64,000 nucleotides of DNA. Origin: the human T2T-CHM13v2.0 reference genome, Homo sapiens. The notes beneath the pieces were generated by a model. It did no database searches and was not told the origin of the DNA. It saw only the letters and a program-made list of their open reading frames with translations. The position numbers were made by a program, and so were the translations under genes. Below are positions 15,006-33,211 of the stretch, one piece after another (the first letter of the stretch is position 1; every line of letters begins with the position of its first letter). The stretch lies in the NCBI RefSeq assembly GCF_009914755.1, contig NC_060932.1; one strand, given 5' to 3'.

Positions 15006-16160
15006 AATTTAATTGTACAGAGAAATATAGCCCTTACTCATAAAAGAACTGGGGGGGGAATACATGGAAGAACATGATATAGTTAAAGCCGTCAGCTTTT
15101 GGCCATAGAGATATTTTACTACCAACCAGAAAAGGAAGGCAGGTTTATACCATCTGCCATCAATGTCTGTTTCAGTGACATTGAAGTATAGGATTGTATA
15201 TAGATGAAGTATACTGACATCTAAAGTATAGGATTCTCTGATTCAATATCTCTAGATCAATATGGGTATTAACAATAAAATTTAGCATTTTAATTGACAG
15301 TGAACTTAGAGATTTCCTCTGCTTCCCTCATTTCAACCACGAAGAAGCTGAAGGAAGCCAAGGCATTCCTATTACCCCGGTACATTCATAAGATGCCAGA
15401 TACTGTGATCAATGCTTTATAGTGATTCACCTGGAATCCTTATCACCCTAGGAAGTGGACAAGGTTGTTAATCCACATTCCATATGTGGGAAATCTGAGA
15501 GCTGCAGAGTTTTAGCAACTTCTCCAAGGTACATAAAGCAAGGAGCAGACAGAATCGAGGTTAAAAATGTATCTTGTCTGATTCAACAATGTTCTTTGTT
15601 ATGCAGTTAAAGCAATGTTTTCAAGACCTTTCAACGAGTTAGCAGCAAAAGATGACAGCCGCAAACTTTTGATATCTAGTTTGTGCCTCTTTCATTTACC
15701 ACTTTCAATCAGATTTTGCTAGTAAATAAGGCAAGTTTTCCAGTGCTTAGAAAATGCAAATTAAAATCTAATACAATTTGCTTTCATATCTGCAAGTGAT
15801 AGGTACTCTTCTTTATCTGTTTTAATTTCTTTTGTGTTTTTTACATGTTTGATGTTTTTTATAATTTAAAAAAGTCTATGGCAAAAAATAAAATAAGTAG
15901 AATTTATTATTTTTGATAGAATCATTCTCCAGGGGAATGACCATGTCAAAAGTTCCATAGCAGGCTTTATTTTATCAAAGATAATCTTTTTCAAGATTAT
16001 TTTCTACCAAGACTTATCTAACAACACGATTTTAAATTTAGATGAGTTTTCAGAAAAATGTAACAAAAAGAAGGGGGTGGAAATTCACGTATTTTCTGGA
16101 TCGGTGGGGTTGCCAGGGGGGTGGGGCGGGGGAGTAGTTTTATTGCTTTCACAGGCATAG

Positions 16161-16176
16161 GCTGCCCTCTGCTGTC
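16161..16176 (-). promoter_or_regulatory. Candidate CTCF site
   Basis: Minus strand GACAGCAGAGGGCAGC; GC box GGGGCGGGG about 35 bp to the left. Confidence 0.5.
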
Positions 16177-18049
16177 AGAAATAAGCTCTTACAACTCTTT
16201 GTCGGTTTCAAAAACACAACTCTTGTATCAGATGTGCCCCCAAAAAACAAGATTGTGAGGATTTAAGTACAGCATTTACTCATTACGTGCTAAGGTTATT
16301 GCCTTAGATCTGAAAGGCAGAATCTGGAGATTCATATTGGTGGGTTAAGGTAATAAGATGACTTTCATGTGTCTTAAAAACAACCCTTTTAAATAGTGAC
16401 TCCTTGACAGCCCAAATCTCATTTAATGAGAGGTCAGAGCCACCAGCCAGAGCGTTTCTTGTACTCTCCTCTCAGAAGAAAGCGCCAAAATATGACCCAA
16501 GTTCCCATGGCAGGACTGTTGTCTGGCTTAAATGACATACATGTAAAGAACCCAAGCACAAGACCAGGCACGTGGTCGTTGCTCAGCAAATAGAAGTTAT
16601 CATCTTAATCTTCATCATAATTGCATCAAAAGGAAAGTAATAAGAACATCTTCTGGGAGTGTCTTGGAAAGCACAGGCAGGCTGATTGCCACCCTACCAC
16701 CATTTAGGCCTGCGGTTGGGTAGAATGAGTATTTCATCATTTGAGTCTGATAAAATGACCCTAAAGTACCATACAATTCACTTGTGCTCCTTGCATGGAA
16801 TTCACAAGGCTAGCCTTCCACTTTTCAGAAAGTTTTCATAAGGGCTAAACAACATATACTTAATGTAAAAAAAATGTTGGATATATCCTAATTTAAGTTG
16901 AAAATTCAACAAGAAAAACCCCATTTTCATTTATTCACTCTTTTATATTTTTCAGTGATTTCCTCTTACATCTTCCAGCCAAAATGGATTCTAGTACTGA
17001 TAAACAACAGTAGCCAACAGCCTGCCCCTTTTTTCATGCCAACACTGCAAGAACATCAAAGAGATTCATATTCCTTATGGGAGGTCACTTTGTACTAGGA
17101 ATAAATATTATATTGCACTCACAGGATTATTTTTTGGCCTCCCAAATTGGTATTTCATTTACAAGTCATTTAAAATCCAAAGCTATTGGCATGAGGGAGT
17201 GACAACAGTAGAAACACTGCAAGTGTTAAGATCTTTGTGGATTTCATTAAAAAAAAAAAATCTGAGTGGTTCAGCCAGAACAACTTTCACTGGGCTCACT
17301 GCCACATCCTTTTCCAAAGGCAACTCAGGAAAGTGGCACAGTGCATCAAATGTCATTCTTGTTTTGCTTGCTGAGGTTTAAATTTTTCTTGTGTTTTGGG
17401 TGTAAGAAATCAACTGGAGAAAGATCATACAATTAATACAGGAAAGAATACAATGAATTGATATATTTAGCAGAATGATCATTTAGCCTTCAGCCTTCTC
17501 CTTTCTCTCACCATGGAAAATATTTTATCCTTTGGCAAACAGTCAAAGCGTGTTGCCATAGGGTGCTTTCCTTTTGGAAAATAACAATCTTTGTGGTTTT
17601 ATAAATCTTCTTTGTTAACCTAAAATTATTTCCATCAATTTTTTTGAAGTGTAGCAGATACTATTGCAACTTTATCCATTCCATGACCTCCAGGGACTTG
17701 CTAGGAAAGAGACTTCTCAGCGAGGACCACAGGACTCACGAGGTCCTGCTGCAGGCTCCCTCTCCATTTTTTCCACACTCTTCCCCCAAACTGCCAACCC
17801 CTGAGCACAACACAATCATCCACTTCAATCCTTCTGCCTTTGCAGAAGCTATTGCTTTTGTCTAGAATGCCTCTCACTTCCCATTTTGTTTGCCTGTCAA
17901 ACGTATAATTATTTACATCTTGTATCAAATCTTTTGATGCTTTGGGACATCTTCCTTATCATCGCAGAATTTGTTTTCCATGATAAAATGTACCTCCATT
18001 ATAGGACTTATAATAAAAGGCAACTATTTCTTGACATAATGACCATAAC

Positions 18050-18230
18050 AGCTAACGTTGTTGACTTTGGATACCATGATAGGAACTCTGTGATATATCT
18101 CATAAGCATTATTTCCAATCCCCCCATTCATAAGTGTGAAATTGTATAGATGTGGAAACTGAGGGTTAGAGGAGTTACATGGTTTGCCTGTGATTACGCA
18201 GCTTGTGTGTTTGGGTTGCAGATGTCAACC
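18050..18230 (-). mobile_element. MIR
   Basis: TATAGATGTGGAAACTGAGGGTTAGAGGAGTTA core. Confidence 0.6.
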
Positions 18231-19851
18231 CATTTCCTTTCCTTCTCTAAGCCATGCTGTTTGTTATCACTTTACATTGCCCTTCCGTTCACCATCCTCA
18301 CTGGGTGACAGCTCCTTTATGTCGGGCACACGTTCTATTCCTTTTGATATTTCTCATGTTAAGCATAGTACCTTATATCTAATTGCTGGGTCAAGATGCA
18401 TGCTGAATGAATAAATAAAATGAGTGGCTCATTGCAAAACCTTTTTGAAGTGCAGATTGAATTTGGTTGATTTTTGCTTTAAAGGGTTGAGAAACACAGT
18501 CCACAGGAGGAGTCAACACGAATGACTCTAGGTCCAACCCCATAGCCTCGCCTCCCCTTTCCTTTCCTGCATTCACCTCATCCCTGAACTTGGGATCACA
18601 GAGCTGATGAAAGTTCACGTCCTTAGAACTACCAAAGTAGCTGCCCTGATTGCATGGAATGTTCTCACACTTCTCTCACTTTACTCACGAAGCCCTTTTT
18701 CTTTCATGCCGGGTGTGAAATCCATACTCCCCAACAATGCTTCCCAGGACTAATGAGACAAGGGGTAAAGGAGAAATGCTAAAAGCTATAAAGTTCCAGC
18801 CTTTGAGGGGGAGCAGCAGCATGAGTGACTGGGAGTGCAGGCTCTGGAGTGAAACACTGAGCTCAGGCAAAGGTGCTGCCACTGACTTGCTGCTGTGTCA
18901 TTTGGGGCAAGTGACTGAAGGTCTCTAAGCAGCAATCTTTTCAAGTGTACCCATCCCATAGGGTTGTTCTGAGAGCTCATGCCTCTAGGCTTAGGGTCTG
19001 GTACAATATAACACTCAAGGAATATTAGCTAGTACTATTAATAAGACAGAAAATAGGAAGACAAGTAGTCAAACAGAAAGGGAGGAGAAGAGTGACTTTT
19101 AAAATCTGTCTCAGGTTTCAAGCCCCCAACTTACAGTGATCTTATGAAGAAACATACCTTCGGAGTTTTGTGCATGGATACAGCCATGTCTATGAGCCTT
19201 TCTTTGAAAACTCATTGAAATTTGGGATCAGGAAGCAAAAACTATAGTCCTTCATCTATTAAACCAGGTAAAAACATACACCCTGTGATTTTTAAGGGAT
19301 TTAAGGGCAACTATTCAGGTAAAACCAGCCATTTCTTGTTTTATGGAAATGGCTCATAAACACTTGGGCCATAGTCTTTGAACTGAAGCATGTCAGATAT
19401 CCAGTGATTAATGTTCATAGAAATTATTCATTGCAAGACAGAGGCACTTAACAAATATTGAGTCTGAAGAATATTACTGATGATTTCTTCAGCGGTGCAA
19501 AGAGTGAGTGGGACGAGGAGAGGGCACAGCAAGCCACGGACCCATGAAGAGATAAGTGTGAAGATAAGATTGGCCAGTTTCCTTCATTGCCAATTCTTCT
19601 TTTCCTCATGACTGATATACTTCTTTACCCATTTGGCTAGATTTCCCAATAACTTCTTTGATAAGCAAATGTGACATTTTCTCTTCCTTAGTGCCCCTCT
19701 GAACTAAGAGCTATGCACAAAAGCAAGGTTCTTTGGGGAGAAATCCTCTGGAGAAGGCAGTGAAGTGAAGTAGTCAAAGCATGAACATGAAGTAAGGTAG
19801 CCTGGGTTTAAATCTCAACTCTAGCACTCAGCAGTTCCAGGCTCTTGGGCC

Positions 19852-20417
<566 letters not shown>

Positions 20418-21342
20418 TAAGAATTCAATGAAAATAACCTATGAAACAACTTCAGCATGGTTCTAGCATTCAGTAATTACTATTCTTAATTGTTATTTAC
20501 CTGCTTGTATATATATTAAAACCAAGTACTTGATTCTAATTATTATTTTCATTATTTTAACTATTATGATTTTCATAATTATATATGTATGTATATTTTT
20601 AACAAAAGATTTTTAATTAACCAAAGTTACACTTGTGGATGATTCTCAATGCTCCATGATAATACACTTATTTTTAAATTTATTCTTTTCTTCTTCAGAA
20701 AGAATCAGGTAGGAGCAAACAGAATGTTGCAAATCCTGATTATGCAGAGAATTAATCACATATCATGTAAACTCTAGTCATCGTGAACTCTGCCCTCCAA
20801 AAGAAGGAACAGGTAAGGATGATCTCACCTGTGGATAATGCATCTCTTTTAAATGCTCAACAGAATGAGCAAGTCCTTCCACAGTCCATCTTTTCCTAAA
20901 ACAATTTAGCCACTCTAGGGATCATTAAAGCCGCACCAACATCCTTCCAATTTGGCAATAACCAATGAGAAAATCCACCTAGTTATTCTCAGGGAGCAAA
21001 CCAGTTGACCAAGTTAGAGCTGGGTCTGACTTGTCCAATGAGCAATTCACTCTTCAGCAATTCCTTTTGAAGAGAGAAAGTTATTGTGTGGAATTGCTAG
21101 AGTTGTTGTGATACACTGTGTCTCTGCCCTTTTGAAAGTAGAAGCACTGCAGGTCACTCACAAGCCACTGGGCAAATACCCAATGGCCCTTGAGAGTTAT
21201 TCAGTGCCCTTGACTAGAAGAGTTGGCATTGGCTTCTGGGTATTAATCTTAGGTAAGGAGGAAAGGTATTGAGAAAATGAGAATAAAATGAAGGAAGCTT
21301 GAATTTAGCATATCTGCCTTTATAAGAATTGCTGTACATGTT

Positions 21343-21682
21343 TGTCTTAGCTCAGGTTGTTATAACGAAATACCACAGATTGGGTGTCTAAAACAACAGA
21401 CATCTGGAGACTTGACAGTCTGAGATCAAGCATGGTCAGGTTCTAGTAAGGGCTCTCTTTCTAGTTTTCTCACACGACAGAGAGAGAGAAGGGCATAGAA
21501 GAGAAGACAGAGAGAGAGAGAGCTGTCATGTTCCTCCTTCTAAGAGCATTAAGTTCATAATGATGGCTCCACCCTCATGACCTAATCACCTCCCAAAGGC
21601 CTTAGCTCAAAATACCATCACATTGGGGATTAGGGCTTCAATATACAAATTTTGGGTGGGTAAAAGCATTTAGTCTATAGTA
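21343..21682 (-). mobile_element. MLT1A-like MaLR LTR
   Basis: TGTCTTAG...ATAACGAAATACCACAGATTGGGTG and CATGACCTAATCACCTCCCAAAGGC...GGGGATTAGGGCTTCAA signatures. Confidence 0.75.
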
Positions 21683-23222
21683 ATATTACCCTTCCTTCCT
21701 CACTCTTCCCTAACCAGAGTGAACACTCCTGAGGACAGAGAGCATATCTGGTGCTAAGCACCTCAGAAGCAGGTGCTCAATACGTGTTCATTTAATTGTT
21801 GACTTGATTTACTACGGCACCAAAATACAACTTTTAGAGAGGACACAGGCACCTGTTTCTGCTCAGCCTTCAGAGGGGATTTTCTTTGTGAAAGTCTGCT
21901 TCTCCCAACTGAAGTCAGGAAAAAGGCATGTGAGCATTTTGTGAGATAAGAATCCATCCCAAGGAGAATGTCTCAACTGCACATAGAGTGTTTACTGGGG
22001 ATAAATGAAACAAGAAAAAGAAAAGACAAATTAATGATATCTGTCTACAAAATTCACTACCAAATGATCACTTTCAACTTTTGTTCTAGAAGCACAGTAT
22101 ATAATATTTATGAATGGAAAATCTTTATGAAATATACGTCAATAAAGGAAAGCTTTCTTTCCCTTTTCCATATACCCCACAATTTTCCCCAATAACACAG
22201 AAGAAGTAAGCAGTGATTAAGTTGGTGCAGTTCTCATGCCCCATCAGAATTCATAGAGAGCGTTGTTGCATGTTCAGTGCCAAAACTGATGTTAAGCTTG
22301 AAAGTGACATTAATGATTCTATAAGTTAACACATTCCCCCCAAGTAGAAAAAGCCAGCAGGAGAAGAGGTAGTGAATTCCAAACTTCTTTAATTTTATAT
22401 TTGCCATTCAGCTTAAAAACCAAAAATATTAATAGTAACTTTAGTGTTCTTTGTGTTTCTGTCCTGAATTGCACCCATTTCTTGCCACCAACCTGAATTT
22501 GGTGCTCTATTCCTATGCACTTTTTTTCCACTTTTGCTACATATGAGTGTATCTCCAAGCAACATATGGCATTTCTTTGCCTGTGTTTAAATTCTCTATA
22601 CATAGCATTATTATGTTGTATGTTTCTGAAACTTATTCCTTGCTGCATAACAATAAAAATATATTTGCTTACAGTAAAATTACAAATTTCTGTTCCTCAA
22701 AGAATACCATTCAAAAAGGTGATGAATTGATAGAAGGGGAAAGAACAGGCATCAGAAGAGGGGAAGATATTTGTAAAACTCATACCTAATAAACGTTCCC
22801 CATCCAGAAACCAAACTCACAATTTACATCAGGTGAAAACTTGACTCTGTGGTATTCACTTCTCAGGCCTCTGTACATATGCAGCCTAGGATGTTCCTAG
22901 TGATAATGTCATTCATGCTAGGCCCACAAAACTTTTACTGTCATGATACAACTGCTCAGTAACAAGGACAGATCAGAAATTGAAATTGAGTTCCGATAGC
23001 TTGTTTGGAGACCACACAGAAAATTTATTTTCTGTGTCAAAAAATCCAACTTCACCAACCCTAGGGAGATTCAACAAGCTAGATGCAACAGAAGAAAAGA
23101 AAAAGAAACTGTGAGGTGGGGTGAGTAACTGGTGGTGACTGATGGGCTTTAAAACTAAGACTACATAGCCAAGCCCCAGAATCCTTGGTAACCATGTAAC
23201 TCGAGGCAATAGGATGGCCTAT

Positions 23223-23652
23223 TGTGGTAGGTGGAATGGGGGCCCCCAAGAAATGTTACATCCTACTCCCTGGACCTTGTACATGTGAACTTGTTTGGTA
23301 AAAAAAAAGTCTTCTTTGCTGATATAATTAAATTATGGATATCAAGATGAGATCATCCTAGATTATCCAGGTGGGCCTTAAATCTGGTGACAAGTGTCTT
23401 ACAAAAGACAGCAGCCACGTGGAGATGGAGGCAGAGAGTGGAATTGTGCAGCCAGAAGCCAGGGAATGCTTGGGGCCACCAAAAGCTGAAAGAAACAGAA
23501 GGCCCCTCCTCAAGAGCTGTCAGGAGAAGCTCGGCCCTGCTGACATTTGATTTCAGATTCTAGCCTCTAGGACTATGAGAGAGAAATAAATTTCTGTTAT
23601 TTTAAGCCACCGAGTTTATAGTAATTTGTAACAGTCCTAGGAAACAAATACA
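23223..23652 (+). mobile_element. MLT1B/C/D-like MaLR solo LTR
   Basis: TGTGGTAGG..AATG..CCCCAAG start; GAGATCATCCTAGATTATCCAGGTGGGCC; AATAAATTTCTGTTATTTTAAGCCAC; ends GGAAACAAATACA. Confidence 0.8.
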
Positions 23653-24039
23653 CCTTTATTCCATCAGAGAGGCAAAGTATTTTTGTTGTCTAGGATTTCT
23701 TTTGATGAGGCAATTTCCAGTGTTTAAAATAAGCCGAGCTCCTCTGTTCTCTGTCAAATACCCAAACTGCTGCTGAACTATGGAAATCTTCTTCAAGGCA
23801 CATTTTCCTTCAGCCTCCCAAACAGGGAAGCAAATTTGAGAAATTAATAGAACTTCACACCCAGTGGGTAGATATCCCAAAGTTAATTTAATTGGGGCCC
23901 ACGACGAAAGAAATTTAAAGGCCATTTTAATTTTGCTAGTTTAACATGAACATATGTGCAAAGCTACAAAATTGAGATAAGATGCAACAACGGTACGAGG
24001 AGAGATTAAAGAGATTGACAGTGAAATGTGTGAAGAACA

Positions 24040-24350
24040 ATTAAATTAAGTCAATAAAAATGGAAAATAATGTGCTTGTCAACCCAAAAATCCTGGGCTG
24101 CATTAGTAAGAATGTAATAAACAGAGCAAAGGAGGCAGTAGGCAGGGTCTGTTGTACCTGATGCTGTTGCTCCTTGAGAATGGCATCTGCAAATTTGAGC
24201 ACATCCAAGGGAGGGCAACTAGGACTCTAGAGAGTGAGTGTAATGATGAATAAAGATCAGATGAAAGACTTGATGGTTCTCAGCTTGGAAAATATCCGTA
24301 GGATGAATGTGATGGTGTCTTCATGCCTTCAAATGATCATCATAGGGATT
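24040..24350 (+). mobile_element. CR1/L3 LINE fragment
   Basis: ATCCTGGGCTGCATTAGTAAGAATGTA...CAAATTTGAGCACATCCAAGGGAGGGCAACTAGG...TTCTCAGCTTGGAAAA resembles the CR1 RT 3' region. Confidence 0.55.
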
Positions 24351-25657
24351 ACATTGGGCTCTGGCAAGGAATGCTGAGCCTGCAAAAGGGACTAACTAGA
24401 AGTGGCCAGGGCAGGAGGAAGAAATCAAGAAGGTGCCATCAGGCAAGCCAAGGGACAGTTCCAAGCCTGGGCCTGGCAGTGTGAGTGGAGAAAACACCCA
24501 TAGCAAACTGTGAACTGGCAGTCACCACAGCAGTACAAACTGAGATGCAAGGAGGGAGAAACAGGGTTTTTGTAGAAAGGGAGAAATCCTTGAAGACCCA
24601 CATTTACACTCTGTGCTTTGTCTCATATCAATACAGTCTTAATTTTAGCTAATGACCAGTCAACTGGAAAATAACCCAATGCACCTGGCCTGTGCCATCA
24701 CTCAGTGGTTTCTAAATGTTCACCTCCTGCCGCCCACCTGTGATGGCCATTAGGGAGAAAAACTGAAGCCACAATAGTCATCACATCGCCCCTACATTTT
24801 TTCCTGAATGTTAGAATGCACTTTATTTTTTGAAATTATGATGATAGTAGTTTGAAACTAATTATTTTAAATGCCTAATTTGGCAAAACAAAAATAATTG
24901 AAATCACCAATATCATTTGTAATATTTTTGGAATTTTCTTCTGGGAAATCAAAAAGTCTGGAAACCATGGCTCCAGATTACACCAAAAGGAAACATAAGA
25001 TTAAAACTGTATTCAAAAACAAAAACCTCAAAATTCTTGTCAAAGAGCCCTTTTCCTAAGAAATAAGCAAGGAAGAAAACATGGGGTCTGGGCTGTTTAG
25101 ATGTTACTTATAGTTTGAAAACTTCCAAAAATTCATGTGCACATTTTTGTTAATATAGGATTCAAAGTTGTGTGTCTGTGTACCTATGTATGTATGTATA
25201 TAGCTGATGGTGGGACAATGAAGCAATTAAAATCTGTACATCGTAATAACAACCATAGTATTATACAAACAGTTTCCCCAAATTACTACAGTTCTTTCTC
25301 ATGGACACACCTACATTCCTGTGATAACACTATGGCCACAAGAGGGCAATATACATTCAGGTTACTAATGCCTGTCAAGAGTTTTGCCTCAAATCAGATT
25401 AAGTCAACTAGTCTTTGCTGTTCTTTGCTCCAAGGGCAAGAAAACATGTTAAAAATATTGTCTTTGTGAGGGGTGGAGCCAAGATGGCCGAATAGGAACA
25501 GCTCCAGTCTACAGCTCCCAGCGTGAGAGACACAGAAGACGGGTGATTTCTGCATTTCCAACTGAGGTACTGGGTTCATCTCACTGGGGAGTGTTGGAGA
25601 ATGGGTGCAGGACAGTGGGTGCAGCGCACCGAGCATGAGCCAAAGCAGGGAGAAGCA

Positions 25658-25921
25658 TCACCTCACCCGGGAAGCACAATGGGTTAAGGAATTCCCTTTC
25701 CTACTCAAAGAAAGGGGTGACAGAGGGCACCTGGAAAATTGGGTCACTCCCACCCTAATACTGCGCTTTTCCAATGGTCTTAGCAAACGGCACACCAGGA
25801 GATTATATCCTGCACCTGGCTCAGAGGGTCCTACACCCACAGAGCCTCTCTGATTGCTGGCACAGCAGTCTGAGATCAAACTACAAGGCATCAGCGAGGC
25901 TGGAGGAGGGGCGCACACCAT
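25658..25921 (-). CDS. L1 antisense ORF0 (open, 87 aa)
   Basis: ATG at 25921-25919, MVCAPPPASLMPCSLISDCCASNQRGSVGVGPSEPG..., homologous to primate L1 ORF0; no internal stop; translation unproven. Confidence 0.5.
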   Translation of the reverse strand: MVCAPPPASLMPCSLISDCCASNQRGSVGVGPSEPGAGYNLLVCRLLRPLEKRSIRVGVTQFSRCPLSPLSLSRKGNSLTHCASRVR

Positions 25922-26497
25922 TGCTGAGGCTTGAGTAGGTAAACAAAGCGGCTGGGAAGCTCGAACTGGGTGGAGCCCACCGCAGCTCAAGGAGGCCTGC
26001 TTGCCTCTCTAGACTCCACCTTTGGGGGCAGGGCATAACCATACAAAAGGCAGCAGAATCCTCTGCAGACTTAAATGTCCCTGTCTGACAGCTTTGAAGA
26101 GAGTAGTGGTTATCCCAGCACACAGCTGGAGATCTGAGAATGGACAGACTGCCTCCTCAAGTGGGTCCCTGACCCCCGAGTAGCCTAACTGGGAGGCACC
26201 CCCCAGTAGGGGCTGACTGACACCTCACATGGCCAGGTACTCCTCTGAGACAAAACTTCCAGAGGAAAGATTAGGCAGCAACATTTGCTGTTCACCAATA
26301 TCCCCTGTTCTGCAGCCTCTGCTGCTGATACCCAGGCAAACAGGGTCTGGAGTGGACCTCCAGCAAATACCAACAGACCTGCAGCTGAGGGTCCTGACTG
26401 TTAGAAGGAAAACTAGCAAGCAGAAAGGACATCCACACCAAAACCCCATCTGTACATCACCATCATCAAAGACCAAAGGTAGATAAAAACCACAAAG

Positions 26498-27513
26498 ATG
26501 GGGAAAAAACAGAGCAGAAAAACTGGAAACTCTAAAATTCAGAGCACCTCCTCTCCTCCAAAGGAACACAGCTCCTCACCAGCAACAGAACAAAGCTGGA
26601 TGGAGAATGACTTTAATGAGTTGAGAGAAGAAGGCTTCAGACGATCAAACTACTCCAAGCTAAAGGAGGATGTTCGAACCCATGGCAAAGAAGTTAAAAA
26701 CCTTGAAAAAAATTAGACGAATGGCTAACTAGAATAACCAATGCAGAGAAGTCCTTAAAGGACCTGATGGAGCTGAAAACCAAGGCACGAGAACTACGTG
26801 ACGAATGCACAAGCCTCAGTAGCCAATTCGATCAACTCGAAGAAAGGGTATCAGTGATGGAAGATCAAATGAATGACATGAAGCGAGAAGAGAACTTTAG
26901 AGAAAAAAGAATAAAAAGAAACGAAAAAAGCCTCCAAGAAATATGGGACTATGTGAAAAGACCAAATCTACGTCTGATTGGTGTACCTGAAAGTGATGAG
27001 GAGAATGGAACCAAGTTGGAAAACACTCTGCAGGATATTACCCAGGAGAACTTCCCCAATCTAGCAAAGCAGGCCAACATTCAAATTCAGGAAATACAGA
27101 GAACGCCACAAAGATACTCCTTGAGAAGAGCAACTCCAAGACACATAATTGTCAAATTCACCAAAGTTGAAATGAAGAAAAAATTATTAAGGGCAGCCAG
27201 AGAGAAAGGTTGGGTTACCCACAAAGGGAAGCCCATCAGACTAACAGCGGATCTCTCGGCAGAAACTCTACAAGCCAGAAGAGAGTAGGGGCCAATATTC
27301 AACATTCTTAAAGAAAAGAATTTTCAACCCAGAATTTCATAACCAGCCAAACTAAGCTTCATAAGTGAAGGAGAAATAAAATCCTTTACAGACAAGCAAA
27401 TGCTGAGAGATTTTGTCACCACCAGGCCTGCCCTACAAGAGCTCCTGAAGGAAGCACTAAACATGGAAAGGAACAACCGGTACCAGCCGCTGCAAAAACA
27501 TGCCAAATTGTAA
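26498..27513 (+). pseudogene. L1 ORF1p (disrupted)
   Basis: MGKKQSRKTGNSK start; frameshift in the A-run near 26705-26713; TGG>TAG at 27286-27288; normal TAA at 27511-27513. Confidence 0.92.
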
Positions 27514-27576
27514 AGGCCATTGAGGCTAGGAAGAAACTGCATCAACTAACGAACAAACTAACCAGCTAACATCATA

Positions 27577-31398
<3,822 letters not shown>

Positions 31399-31836
31399 AC
31401 AATGAGAACACATGGACACAGGTAGGGGAGCGTCACACACTTGAGGCCTGTTGTGGGGTGGGAGGAGGGGGGAGGGATAGCATTAGGAGATATACCTAAT
31501 GTTAAATGACGAGTTAATGGGTGCAGCACACCAACATGGCACATGTATACATATGTAACAAACCTGCACGTTGTGCACATGTACCCTAAAACTTAAAGTA
31601 TAATTAAAAAAATATATTGTCTTTGTTTGTGTTTCCATCAATAATAGCATAATTTGGCTTGAGTGAAGAGTGAAGGTGGAGAAGGTGAGCAGAGCACGAT
31701 ACTGTTTTGCCTATTCTCATCTTAAAACACAGATTTGAATCATTACACGTGTGAAATGCAGGCTTTCCATGGGAAGAAGTAGAATGGTTCTTGTATTTCT
31801 GGAAAGACACAGCAAGTGAATCTGCTACTTTATAGC

Positions 31837-32137
31837 TTTTTTTTTTTTTTTTTTTTTTGAGACCGAGTCTCACCCTATCGTCCAGGCTGGAGAACAATGG
31901 GGCGATCTTGGCTCACTGCAAGCCCCTCCACCCAGGTTCAAACGATTCTCCTGCCTCAGCCTCTCGAGTGGCTGGGATTCAGGCACCCACCACCAGGCTC
32001 CACTCATTTTTGTATTTTTAGTAGAAATGTGGTTTCACCATATTGGCCAGGCTGGCCTCGAACTCCTGACCTCGTGATCCACCTGCCTCGGCCTCCCAAA
32101 GTGCTGGGATTACAAGCGTGAGCCACTGTGCCTGGCC
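31837..32137 (-). mobile_element. AluS (Sg/Sx-like)
   Basis: Poly-T, two monomers, ends CCCAAAGTGCTGGGATTACAAGCGTGAGCCACTGTGCCTGGCC. Confidence 0.93.
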
Positions 32138-32925
32138 TATATCTATCCTTAAACAAAGACAAGGCCTGGGTTTAACACTTGCATGAAATGGAGAGAATTA
32201 TAATAATCTTCCTTATTTATCTCGCAGAGGACTTGTGAAGCTCAAATGAGATGCTCATCTCAAGCTCTTCGTTGAAGTAACCACCACTTCCAAAATCCCC
32301 TCAGAACTATAACACTGCCTGCAAATATAACGGATCCACAAGGCAACAGAGAGCTACACCTTTGGATCTTACAAATACAGTAGTGGGGAACCACCCAGAG
32401 CTGTCTTCTGGAAGAGCTGTGATGACAGTAGCGCTGTTGCAGTTACTACAAGGGACCTGAGAAGCCACAGATGGCCCACAGGCAGAAGTGGTGGCCGTGC
32501 AGGGGATGCCCCTGACACAGTGACACATGTGCAGAAATCCAGCTTATCGGCCCTCTTGGATTCCCTCTTGCACAGTATTTGCTCTAGAAAGACTCCTGCC
32601 ACCAGCTGCTTTCTTGAAGGTTGTAGGGGAAAAGGTTCCCCGGACCCCCCCTACACACCATCACCATTGGTACAGGGGGATTGCTGACACCTCCCCAAGG
32701 ATGTCCTGAAGCTGTGACCAGGTTCCATAGGGAGTCTGCACTCATGGCTTTCCTTCAGGCTGTTTCCTAAGGAATCTGGAATAAGTCAGAGCATTTTGAT
32801 GTTAAGGAACATGAGGTCTTTGAGAAGGCGTACAACCCCGATCCTTGTATTCATGACCAGTGACCTAAACCACTCTGGCTTGAGGAAAGGACAGAAAGTA
32901 ACCTCAGGGTTCATCTCTGCTCCCT

Positions 32926-33211
32926 AGTCGGGTGCCGTGCCTCACGCCTGCAATCCCAGCACTTTGGGAGGCCGAGGAAGGCAAATCACTTGAGTCCATG
33001 AGTTTGAGACCAGCCTGAGCAATATAGTGAGAAGTTTGTCTCTACAAAAAATAAAAATAAACAACTAGCGTGGTGGCTCATGCCTGTTGTCCCAGCTACT
33101 CAGGAGGCTGAGGTGGGAGGATCGCTGGAGCCCAGGAAGTCAAGGATGCAGTGAGCCATAATAGTGCCACTGTACTCCAGCCTGGGCAACATAGGCTTAA
33201 CCCTGTCTTAA

